Below are positions 1-8,614 of a stretch of DNA of 64,000 nt, in pieces. Made by a program: the position numbers and the translations under genes. The stretch is taken from contig JAAXWC010000004.1 of NCBI GenBank assembly GCA_013335175.1, forward strand, positions 40,999 through 104,998. Reading direction: 5' to 3'. Positions within the stretch are counted from its first letter, which is position 1; the number at the start of each line of letters is the position of its first letter. The DNA is from Candidatus Roizmanbacteria bacterium. Its GTDB lineage: Bacteria; Patescibacteriota; Microgenomatia; UBA1406; GWC2-37-13. The notes beneath the pieces are model-generated. The model worked only from the letters and a program-made list of their open reading frames with translations. It was not told the origin of the DNA and did no database searches.

Positions 1-37
1 AAAAGAGTCAGAGTCAGTTATAGCTTATAGGGAGCAG

Positions 38-2197
38 TTGGAAGACAATGTAAAAATTTGTAATTCCGCGTTTCGCCAAATAAATATTTTTCTTCGTCCA
101 CAACCCCCTGAATCTTCTCCCATTAATAATGGTAGCTTTAGAATTGGCAAATCCATTACTGTTACTGAAAATAATTCACAACCGAGAGTTGAATATACCG
201 GTGAGGGTGGTTATTCATTTATCGTTACTCCTCATGAGCAGGTCTCATCAGAATATCCGGAAGGAAAACCACTGTCAGATTCAGCGGCTGAGCTGGTTAA
301 ATTTTCTTATAAAACGATGGAGACATCTCAAGCTATCGTACGGAAAATGATGGAAGACATAAAAGAGTGTTCGCCCAAACCAGCTATTTTTGACATCCTG
401 GAAAAAGGAGAAAAAGTATGCACTCTTGAATGGGGATATGTTCCTGATCCCGAAAATGAAGCAAAAAATAAGCTTGTCGTTGTGGTCCATGAGGGGCAAC
501 ATGATCTCGTGCTTACCAGTAGTCTTAATGATCGTCCTCATAATAGATATGGCTACAAAATGGGAGAAGAATTTAGTTTAGAATCAATTGGCAAAATTAG
601 TACACAAACCGAAGAAGCTGAAGAGGTAACACCTCATGATCTTTCACTATTACAGATGCTCGTAACGAAAACATTTGGGAATAATGATTCTATTCATGTT
701 AGTAAATTCCATTTTCGAGATGAATCCCTAGGCTCAACGTTCACTATGGATCAGCTACAAGCTATTTACGCAGAGGAGAGGATCGCATATGAAAAAGAAT
801 GCGAACAAAGACGACTTTTCCAAGAAGAGCAGGAACGTGTGCAAAAAGAAGCAGCTCAGCAACAATATCTCAAGGAGATTGAAGCAAAAGCAATACCTCC
901 AGATCATTTTACTACTGCTCAAAAAGATACATGGAATTATCTTATACAAAGTATTACCTCATTAAAAGCTCAAGGTAAAGGACAGATTTTATCCCTTGTT
1001 GCCTTATCTGGTACCGGAAAAACAGAAATTACAAAAGTTATGGAAGAAAGAGAGCTTTTTAAAGACGCTCAAGTAAGCTTTGTAGAAGCCGACCGTTTGT
1101 GGGGTGAAGAGGAGATAAAAAAATTAGAGTCGGGAACTAAATCAGGAGATATCGTTATTCTTACCGCTACACCCTACGAAATGGAAAAGAAGAATCTCAA
1201 TGGACGAAGTGAATTTTGGCAAAAACCCCATATCTTGAAGACAATGACAGCAGAGGAAGTAAAAACCTTTTTGGTAAGTGCGTATGGAAAGGAGCAATTT
1301 GGCAGTGTGCCCGTTGACGATCTCGTTGCCCACTCACTTGGGATTCCTTTTCTTGCAAAAATACTTGCAGATATGCCTCGTTTGACGCCCGAATCCATGC
1401 GGGGTGCAGTTGGAAAGTATATTTTACGTCGTGCATATATTTATCCGAGAGAAGATGCAGCCTCGAAATTGGAGCCCTATGTAAGTATTCCTATGGCGAG
1501 CGATATAACACAAGAAGATCGTTCCTCAACCAGTCTAAGCAGAAATGTATTGTACGATTCTGAAAATTTATATCTTATCAATGAAATTAGACAAAAGTTA
1601 ATGGAGCAAGGCTATGTTGCTCCTCCCGTTGAATTTATCGATCTCTCCTCGAAAGATATGTATGATGAAGCGTATAGCAGAAAGGAAGGAAGTTCTATAG
1701 AAGTTTTTGTGCCTGCTTTAACTGAAGAGAACTATGAGCTCATTAAAGAAGCCTTCGGTTTTGGCAAAAGACAAATTGAGGAACGTGGCAGTGTTATGTC
1801 GCCACTCGATTTTAGAATGCTACAATACGGAACTCGTGTAAAAATGTATGGCGACATAGTAAGAAAACTAGGTATCCTGTTACGGGATAAACAATATGGG
1901 ATAAGAACTGTACAAGCAGAAGTAGCTACGATCGAAGAAAACTACGAATCTTTGAAAGACATAGCAGAGCAGTATAATGGCTCGTTCAATGAAGAACTTC
2001 CGAGTGTTCTCATACACAAACATGAACATTACGGCATGACTCAACCTCTCGATGTAGGATACCTCACAGAAACCTTGCTTCAACAACTAGGAATACCCTA
2101 TACGGCAAAAAACGAATATGCGAATGCGTACTATTCATACGACCCCTCTCATCAAAAAATAATAATACATCGAGAAATATACCCAAGAAATAAATAA
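38..2197 (+). CDS. P-loop NTPase-like protein of unknown function (possibly 5'-partial)
   Basis: 719-aa ORF. Walker-A-like ALSGTGKTE, then a hydrophobic strand GDIVILTATP. The frame stays open back to window base 2, so the real start may lie upstream. TTG at 38 is preceded by GGGAG. Confidence 0.5.
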   Translation: MEDNVKICNSAFRQINIFLRPQPPESSPINNGSFRIGKSITVTENNSQPRVEYTGEGGYSFIVTPHEQVSSEYPEGKPLSDSAAELVKFSYKTMETSQAIVRKMMEDIKECSPKPAIFDILEKGEKVCTLEWGYVPDPENEAKNKLVVVVHEGQHDLVLTSSLNDRPHNRYGYKMGEEFSLESIGKISTQTEEAEEVTPHDLSLLQMLVTKTFGNNDSIHVSKFHFRDESLGSTFTMDQLQAIYAEERIAYEKECEQRRLFQEEQERVQKEAAQQQYLKEIEAKAIPPDHFTTAQKDTWNYLIQSITSLKAQGKGQILSLVALSGTGKTEITKVMEERELFKDAQVSFVEADRLWGEEEIKKLESGTKSGDIVILTATPYEMEKKNLNGRSEFWQKPHILKTMTAEEVKTFLVSAYGKEQFGSVPVDDLVAHSLGIPFLAKILADMPRLTPESMRGAVGKYILRRAYIYPREDAASKLEPYVSIPMASDITQEDRSSTSLSRNVLYDSENLYLINEIRQKLMEQGYVAPPVEFIDLSSKDMYDEAYSRKEGSSIEVFVPALTEENYELIKEAFGFGKRQIEERGSVMSPLDFRMLQYGTRVKMYGDIVRKLGILLRDKQYGIRTVQAEVATIEENYESLKDIAEQYNGSFNEELPSVLIHKHEHYGMTQPLDVGYLTETLLQQLGIPYTAKNEYANAYYSYDPSHQKIIIHREIYPRNK

Positions 2198-2243
2198 ATA
2201 CATACCCCACCTTTCAACAGGGGAGAAGGGGAGTGTGATGGTT

Positions 2244-3026
2244 TTACAAAATTGGAAATAATTCAGTCACTTGCTGAATAATGTCTGTGGAAAAAATACC
2301 AGAGGTAAAATGAGGGAAACGCTTTACTTGTAGATATGGATATTTTATATTTGTTATCTTTAAACGTTGAGCAATAATTTCAGATGCGTTTTGATTCCTT
2401 AAAGCTTCTACATCTTGAAGTTTTAATCTCTGTTCAATGTAGTTAGGATCATCATCAATGCATAAACACGTTTGAAATAATACCTGTGGAGTTTTTAAAT
2501 ATAAATTAAATCCGGAATCGCTTGTCTCACTATGAATTATTTTTTTCTCAAAATCTTGCAACCATACGGTTGATTCCACCGCTTTGTTGTAGTCATCAAT
2601 GGGATAATATATATTTCCCGTTTCAAGGACTCTTCCATCATCACGAAAATGAACATAGTTGTCTCTATATACAACTAAATCAAAATATTGATCAATTCCA
2701 TTATTTTTTATAAAATCACTCGTTAACTGGTCTCCAGAACTCCAAATAACAAGCGTATATCCTAGCTGTTTTAAAGATTTTAACGTTGATTCTGCTTGTG
2801 GGTTTAAGATTAATGTTTCTTCTCTTTTAAAAGGATTATTCATCAAAACACCGTTCACATCGATCACTATCACACGCGATTGAGCAAATGTAGCACGTAT
2901 TTCCTCTAATAGAGAAGGTTCGTAAATATACCTATCTCCTATATCTATTTTATCAGGTGTCTTGACCTTATCATGCAATGGGGTCGATTCAGGAGGTAAA
3001 TTATCTATATTTAAACTTTTTTCCAT
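2244..3026 (-). CDS. HAD-superfamily-like hydrolase with atypical motif I
   Basis: Motif I VIVIDVNGV (DxN rather than DxD), motif II LVIWSSG, motif IV CIDDDPNY. Start moved to MEKSLN (ATG at 3026) from the ORF-track start at 3050. Confidence 0.45.
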   Translation of the reverse strand: MEKSLNIDNLPPESTPLHDKVKTPDKIDIGDRYIYEPSLLEEIRATFAQSRVIVIDVNGVLMNNPFKREETLILNPQAESTLKSLKQLGYTLVIWSSGDQLTSDFIKNNGIDQYFDLVVYRDNYVHFRDDGRVLETGNIYYPIDDYNKAVESTVWLQDFEKKIIHSETSDSGFNLYLKTPQVLFQTCLCIDDDPNYIEQRLKLQDVEALRNQNASEIIAQRLKITNIKYPYLQVKRFPHFTSGIFSTDIIQQVTELFPIL

Positions 3027-3119
3027 ATTAACAACGCATAATTGTATCATATTATAGGTCTATTTTCAAAGGCAAAGTCAGAACGGGGGAGGGGAGAAGA
3101 GGGGAGAGGGACTTCCCTA

Positions 3120-4067
3120 CTACTTATTATATTTCTCAAGGACCTGAATCATGTCCGCCGGATTAAATATCCCGGGACGGATACGCGTTAAGTAGAATCG
3201 TGAATCTGCACCATGAATAGCGCCGGGGACTACCGAAACCGCCAATTTATACCCCGCCTCCTTTGCCAACTGCACCGCATTGTTATCATACGCCCCAAAT
3301 GGATAGGCAAACGTCTCCACTACAATCCCAAATCGCTCTTCAAACTTGGCTTTACTCTCTATAATCTGATGCCGTGCAGCCTCGTACTGCATATTTTTTA
3401 AATACGCATGATCAAATGTATGGCACCCTATCTCTACCAACCCTGAATTGATCAACTCCTGAATCTCTCGTTCCGTTAAAAAGCCCTTTCTATCAATATA
3501 ATTATAAATAACATATACCGTTGCCTTCACATGGTATTTTTTCAAAAGTGGAAATACAACCGTATAAAAATCTTCATATCCATCATCAAAGGTGAGAACC
3601 ATTCCTTTTGCAATAGGCTGTGTTTCCCCGGAAAGCATATCATTCATATCTTTCGCGAAATACATGGTGTACCCACCCTCAACCAAACGTTTCAGTTCCT
3701 GCTCAAATGTCTCTGGATTTACCGTTAAACCTCTGCGCACAACATCCTTCGGATCTCCATACGCCTCAACATAATGATACATAAGGATCGGCAATTTAAA
3801 CTTAATTTGAGATTCCGTTGAAGAAACCGGCGGAGTTATATCTATTGGCGGTAAAAAGACACTTCGGTCGTAATATTGATTATTTTCCATCCGAATTGAG
3901 CTCATTATCTTACCCTTTGGAAAAATGCTCAAATTTTGCCCTTTTTTGGGGCTTTTCTGGTGAAAATGGTATAGTACTAAGCTACACATTAAAACCAAAA
4001 TCAAAGAAACTAGAATACTAAGATGTATTCGAAGGTGTTTGTCTGTTTTTTCTATTTTTCTTCTCAT
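3120..4067 (-). CDS. polysaccharide deacetylase (NodB homology domain), N-terminal membrane anchor
   Basis: 315-aa ORF with NodB motifs LTFDDGYEDFY and CHTFDH. Hydrophobic N-terminal segment LSILVSLILVLMCSLVL. Confidence 0.8.
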   Translation of the reverse strand: MRRKIEKTDKHLRIHLSILVSLILVLMCSLVLYHFHQKSPKKGQNLSIFPKGKIMSSIRMENNQYYDRSVFLPPIDITPPVSSTESQIKFKLPILMYHYVEAYGDPKDVVRRGLTVNPETFEQELKRLVEGGYTMYFAKDMNDMLSGETQPIAKGMVLTFDDGYEDFYTVVFPLLKKYHVKATVYVIYNYIDRKGFLTEREIQELINSGLVEIGCHTFDHAYLKNMQYEAARHQIIESKAKFEERFGIVVETFAYPFGAYDNNAVQLAKEAGYKLAVSVVPGAIHGADSRFYLTRIRPGIFNPADMIQVLEKYNK

Positions 4068-4300
4068 ACAGATATCACTTCTCTCCTTGAGATGAAATGG
4101 CAGGGGAGCAATCTATAATCAGCTTATTATAGCAATCCGATAATGAAAAAACTAGGGAAAGCTAGCCAGGGAATACCAACGATATATAAAAATTAAATTC
4201 TGTGAAAATACGGCTAAAAAAAATAAAAACGAAATAAATACAGAAATAATTGTAATTCAAAATTGTAAAAAAATCACTCCCCTCTCTCGTGTTTCAGGCT

Positions 4301-4332
4301 AGACGTCGTAAAAGATACAATTTACGACGTCT
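4301..4332. other. perfect 12-bp-stem hairpin in an ORF-poor region
   Basis: AGACGTCGTAAA-agatacaa-TTTACGACGTCT. The arms are exact reverse complements. Confidence 0.9.
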
Positions 4333-5177
4333 TTCATCTTCGTTCCCCTGAGTACAAAAGCATCACTATTTTTCTTACAAGACCAGACCACCATCGGGGG
4401 AAGATTAGGATTCGAGAATAGTACCACCTGCTCCGTATCCTTCATATTTTTGTTAAATAAAAGAATAATATGTACCAAGTTTGACCACTTGTTTTCATAA
4501 TTCGTTTCACATAACCCCTCTCTTCACTCCTCACGAAGCACAGACTAAACTCATCTTAGACCATAATAAAAGCCCATTTGTAGTTTTTGAGGCTATAATT
4601 AGCAGTTATCCACACGAGCTGATGATACCCGTTGCCTCTCCTCTCGAGAAAAAGGCTGAACGAATATAAGAATTGTGTGAGGATTCGGTAAGGATTTCAG
4701 AATTCACGCATGAATACTGTCCTATAGTTTTTAATATGTTTTACGTGATTAAATAGTTACATACAACTATAGGATAGTATATATATTTACTCACGTCCGT
4801 GAATTATTTAATATATCCCAATAATTCACGTCCGTAATTTACATTACTCCCCTCTCCTCCACTATCCTCATGCTATTACTGCATTTTCTCGTGCGTATTT
4901 AGCCTCGAATTACTTATATATTTTCGTGTTATTTTACGATTATGTTCAATGAAAAAGTAAGTTCTTTAAAATCACCTCGATGAAGTCTCTGAAAACGATA
5001 CCCACTCCCCTCCTCTCTATATAGAAATAATTATTTAGATTGATACAGTAATCTAAACTTGATTATTTCGACATTCCATTCCTCGCAATGACAGTGACAG
5101 ACCTCATGCCCTTTTTCATACGGGGACTTCCTATCGGTCGCCCGACAAGCGGGAATGACGTTGAAAGCTCTTGGCAA

Positions 5178-6002
5178 TCACCACCGTATCGAAAGCAGCA
5201 CAATCACCACCACGAAGCTCATAACAATAATATATTCACGAATCGTTTGCTTAAACAAACGTTGCTCCATCTGATGAAAAATAAGACCAGATATACAGTA
5301 ATAGGCAGCAGTAAGCACAAGCGCTAATACCGCTGCATTTAATGAGATAAATGAAAACATTATTGCAATTTCACTAATAATAAGAGCTGTATAACTTGCA
5401 TACAAAATAACTACACGGGTTATCTCATTGCGAGGTTTTACCGACCAGTACAGCTGCAAAACGAGCGGAAAAAAAATAATAAAAACGAGTACGGCGTTTA
5501 CCCAAAATACTTGCTTAAAAGACAAAATTACACTGGTGAGAATAAAAGAAATAAGCGCATGATAAAAATAATTCACAGAAAAGGCTGCTCGGTAGAGCTG
5601 AATGCTTTTTTCTACTCCCACATTAAAAATATTTGAAGTCAGCAAAATAGCGTATGCAGAAAAGCCGTAGACAAAAATAAGCGGAGCCCGATATCTCCAC
5701 AAGGGAGGAAACAGAAAAGAAAAGAAATAGAAGGACAACGTAAGCATAATAGGGATAACAAAGAGCATAAACCACTCCCCTTTTTCGATTCCTTCCAACA
5801 AAGACAAATACGTAAAAAGATAGGTAATCCCGATAAAAATAGGAACCAAAAACCATACCGAATACGAATCAAAGAATGTTGTTGCAACAAACATACTCCC
5901 CGAAAGAACCAACGCGCTAATAACAAATCGAAGCCGCTTTTCTATCTGTAAAAGCGTTTTTATAAGGGAACGATGCAGCTTTTTAGGAATAATATGCACC
6001 AT
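5178..6002 (-). CDS. polytopic integral membrane protein, unknown function
   Basis: 274-aa ORF, hydrophobic throughout with several predicted TM helices. Immediately upstream of the YebC-family gene on the same strand (1-nt gap). Confidence 0.5.
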   Translation of the reverse strand: MVHIIPKKLHRSLIKTLLQIEKRLRFVISALVLSGSMFVATTFFDSYSVWFLVPIFIGITYLFTYLSLLEGIEKGEWFMLFVIPIMLTLSFYFFSFLFPPLWRYRAPLIFVYGFSAYAILLTSNIFNVGVEKSIQLYRAAFSVNYFYHALISFILTSVILSFKQVFWVNAVLVFIIFFPLVLQLYWSVKPRNEITRVVILYASYTALIISEIAIMFSFISLNAAVLALVLTAAYYCISGLIFHQMEQRLFKQTIREYIIVMSFVVVIVLLSIRW

Positions 6003-6003
6003 A

Positions 6004-6735
6004 TTATGAAGTAATTAAGGCATTAGTAAATACATTTTGAACATCTTCCTGCTCTTCCAAAGCTTCAATTAAATTCGTAATCTGTTCACTTTGCTCAGGT
6101 GAAACCTCCACATATGCGTTTGGTTTAAACACAACTTCTGTGTTGGACACTTCTAACCCCTGTAACTCCGTCGTTAATTTCCCTACATCTTCAAAAGGGA
6201 CATATACTATAGTTTCTTCCTCTTCTTCCTCAATATCAATTGCCTTTAATCTGTCAGCAAAGTCTAAAACCGCATCCTCAGTATTTGTTGTTTTAGGAAA
6301 AATTACCATGCCACACTGTTCGAATAAATAGGAAACACTGCCCGGTCCTCCCATTTTACCCGAATGGCGTTCCACTACGTTGCGGATAGCCGCGAAAGAT
6401 CGATTTTGGTTATCCGTTGCAGCAAGAATAATAAGAGCACTTCCCCCGGGGCCAAATGCTTCGTATCGAATTTCCTTCAATGCCGCCGAATCTGAACCAG
6501 CTCCTTTTTCAATAGAACGGGTAATATTTTCCTTCGGCATGTTCGCCTGCCGCGCTTTTTCAACCGCTAATCGAAGTTTTACGTTGTGATCGGGATTGGT
6601 TACCCCGCCGCCTTCCACAACAGCTAAAGTGATATACCGGGCTAACTTGGCAAATACATTACTGCGTGCCTTATCATTGACCTCTTTTTTACGCTTAATA
6701 TTTGCCCATTTAGAATGACCAGACATATTCCCCAT
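6004..6735 (-). CDS. yebC: YebC/PmpR family DNA-binding transcriptional regulator
   Basis: N-terminal family signature MSGHSKWANIKRKK. Start trimmed to MGNMSGH (6735). An alternative ATG lies at 6726. Confidence 0.85.
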   Translation of the reverse strand: MGNMSGHSKWANIKRKKEVNDKARSNVFAKLARYITLAVVEGGGVTNPDHNVKLRLAVEKARQANMPKENITRSIEKGAGSDSAALKEIRYEAFGPGGSALIILAATDNQNRSFAAIRNVVERHSGKMGGPGSVSYLFEQCGMVIFPKTTNTEDAVLDFADRLKAIDIEEEEEETIVYVPFEDVGKLTTELQGLEVSNTEVVFKPNAYVEVSPEQSEQITNLIEALEEQEDVQNVFTNALITS

Positions 6736-6801
6736 TATACTTGACAACGCAGGAAAATTAAATATACTTAAACCTATCACAATCCGTTATAATCAAATTT
6801 T

Positions 6802-7626
6802 ATGAATGATCTCGATATTCTAGAACAACAAGCTGTAGACGCTGCCATAAATCAGGAATGGGAGCAGGCTGTTGTTTACAATAAACAAATCCTTGACCTT
6901 GAGTCACAGAATGTTCCTGCTTTTTTACGGCTTGGGTTTGCTGAGTTGCAGCGCGAAAACATCTCTGCTGCAAAAGAATATTACACCGCAGTTTTGAAAC
7001 TACAGCCAAATAATCAGATGGCACTCGACAATTTAGAACGAATTGCAGTTCTATCTGAAAAAGGCGCAATAGTTCCCGTAAAGGAACGAACCAAACTTGA
7101 TCCTAATCTATTTTTAGAAATCACGGGAAAAACAAAAAGTGTCCCTGTTGTAAATATTGGTCAAAAAAATGTCCTTGCCCGACTTATTGTTGGACAGGAA
7201 ATAGAGCTCAAACTCAAGGCGCGAAAAGTAGAAGTTCGTACACGTCAGGATGAATATATTGGCGCGCTCCCTGACGACGTTTCTAAGAGACTTATCTTTT
7301 TTCTCAAGGCAAAGAGTACCTATCGAGCCTATATCAAAGAAGCAAATCTTTCCAAAGTAGTTATCTTTATTCAAGAAGAAAAGAAAGGGAAAAAAGTAGC
7401 TCACTATTCATCTTTTCCTGCGACCCAAATTCAAACTGCACCCAGCGGAGTTCATGGAGACTCCGATGAAGAACGTGCAGATGACGATGGCGAGGCAGAA
7501 AGTGATTCTGAAGATGATTTCCCCGAAGAAGATGAACTTTCTAAATTAGCCAGTGAAGATTTAGACGAAGAAGATAAAGAACTCCTGCAACTTCAACGAG
7601 AAGAAGAACCGGAAGAGGAAGAATAA
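6802..7626 (+). CDS. TPR-repeat protein with highly acidic C-terminal tail
   Basis: TPR-like helices (AFLRLGFAELQRENISAAKEYYTAVLKLQPNNQMALDNL). The last ~70 aa are D/E-rich. Confidence 0.55.
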   Translation: MNDLDILEQQAVDAAINQEWEQAVVYNKQILDLESQNVPAFLRLGFAELQRENISAAKEYYTAVLKLQPNNQMALDNLERIAVLSEKGAIVPVKERTKLDPNLFLEITGKTKSVPVVNIGQKNVLARLIVGQEIELKLKARKVEVRTRQDEYIGALPDDVSKRLIFFLKAKSTYRAYIKEANLSKVVIFIQEEKKGKKVAHYSSFPATQIQTAPSGVHGDSDEERADDDGEAESDSEDDFPEEDELSKLASEDLDEEDKELLQLQREEEPEEEE

Positions 7627-7796
7627 TGTCGTGGTTCCTTTCCTTTCAAAAACACAATTGTACCCCTTACTTTTTTTGCCGACAGCAATGATTGGATGTC
7701 TTTTGGTAGTTCAAAATCCTTCATAGATCGAACTGCGAGTACAAACGATAGTATAAAAATAAATAGTAAAATAATAAAAAACATAATTACTCCCAT
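7593..7796 (-). CDS. small single-pass membrane protein
   Basis: 67-aa ORF with an N-terminal TM helix (IMFFIILLFIFILSFVLAV) and a Ser-rich tail. Start overlaps the end of the upstream LCP-like gene. 3' end converges on and overlaps 6802..7626 by 34 nt. Confidence 0.4.
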   Translation of the reverse strand: MGVIMFFIILLFIFILSFVLAVRSMKDFELPKDIQSLLSAKKVRGTIVFLKGKEPRHYSSSSGSSSR

Positions 7797-8614
7797 TCTT
7801 TTTCTTTATCTCCTAACTCAAATAGTATATCATAGATGTCTGTTTTTCCTGTTGTAAGGCGACAGTTAAAATATGAAGAGATCGCGGAGGCCGTCTGCGA
7901 AAACGGAGTAGACGATTCTCGAACTGTACAGGGCTCATGAACATCTGTTTCTGTCATATCTCCTACGCGAATACCACTGCCTTCCAGAATCGTATTGACT
8001 GTTTCTGCAGCTTGGTAGGATGTATAGAGAATCTGGACACTTTTATTTTCTAAACGATATCTATTTTGATAGAAAAACCCTTGAAATCGAGTAGCAAAAT
8101 CCCCTTCTGCAGAAAGCAGCCGAAAATCGTGGGAACTTTTTTTAGAAAAAACAGATAGCAGGTATATACGATCCGCAAGAGAAGCGTTGGATGGAAAAAA
8201 TAACAGGTTTACCCAGTTCAACATTGGCACCCGATCAGATGAAGTTTTGCCGTAAAATACCTCTGTACTCGGGCTATAAAAATAAAAATCGACAAACGAT
8301 CCGGTATGAAGGCCAAAAGCCCGTTTATAAATGTCAGGCTTGTGTTCAAGTGCGTTCAACTTTCCCAATGCTCCTACACGATACTCCTTGTACCCTCCCG
8401 GGACAAGAATTTTGAGATCGGGAGAATACGGAACTGCATAATCTATGCCATCCGACAGGCCTATGGAATAAAGGAATGGTTCTTTGCCATACAAAACAAC
8501 GGTAATTCTATCTTTTTTTGTAAAAAACAACGAATGAGAACTGTCTTTTATGAGCTTAAACCCGACATACACCAACACAAATCCACATACTATCCCTATC
8601 AGTATTTTTTTCAT
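7787..8614 (-). CDS. LytR/CpsA/Psr (LCP)-like envelope protein
   Basis: N-terminal TM anchor. The pattern DRITVVLYG...IDYAVPYSPDLKILVPGGYKEYRVGALGKL...VDFYF resembles an LCP domain. Assigned by recall of the pattern, not by search. Confidence 0.4.
   Translation of the reverse strand: MKKILIGIVCGFVLVYVGFKLIKDSSHSLFFTKKDRITVVLYGKEPFLYSIGLSDGIDYAVPYSPDLKILVPGGYKEYRVGALGKLNALEHKPDIYKRAFGLHTGSFVDFYFYSPSTEVFYGKTSSDRVPMLNWVNLLFFPSNASLADRIYLLSVFSKKSSHDFRLLSAEGDFATRFQGFFYQNRYRLENKSVQILYTSYQAAETVNTILEGSGIRVGDMTETDVHEPCTVRESSTPFSQTASAISSYFNCRLTTGKTDIYDILFELGDKEKEWE

Noticed and set aside
4299-4445. 48-codon minus-strand ORF (MKDTEQVVLFSNPNLPPMVVW...) in the ORF-poor region.
   Set aside because: There is no Shine-Dalgarno and no motif I recognise. 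Its 3' end consists of the 12-bp hairpin arms. The evidence is insufficient to call it a gene.
4606-4614. Perfect DnaA box TTATCCACA as evidence for oriC.
   Set aside because: I found only one exact box. A single 9-mer is roughly a coin-flip chance occurrence in 64 kb on two strands. No dnaA or dnaN gene is adjacent, and there is no obvious switch in gene orientation. It is kept only as a minor note within the finding on the ORF-poor region.
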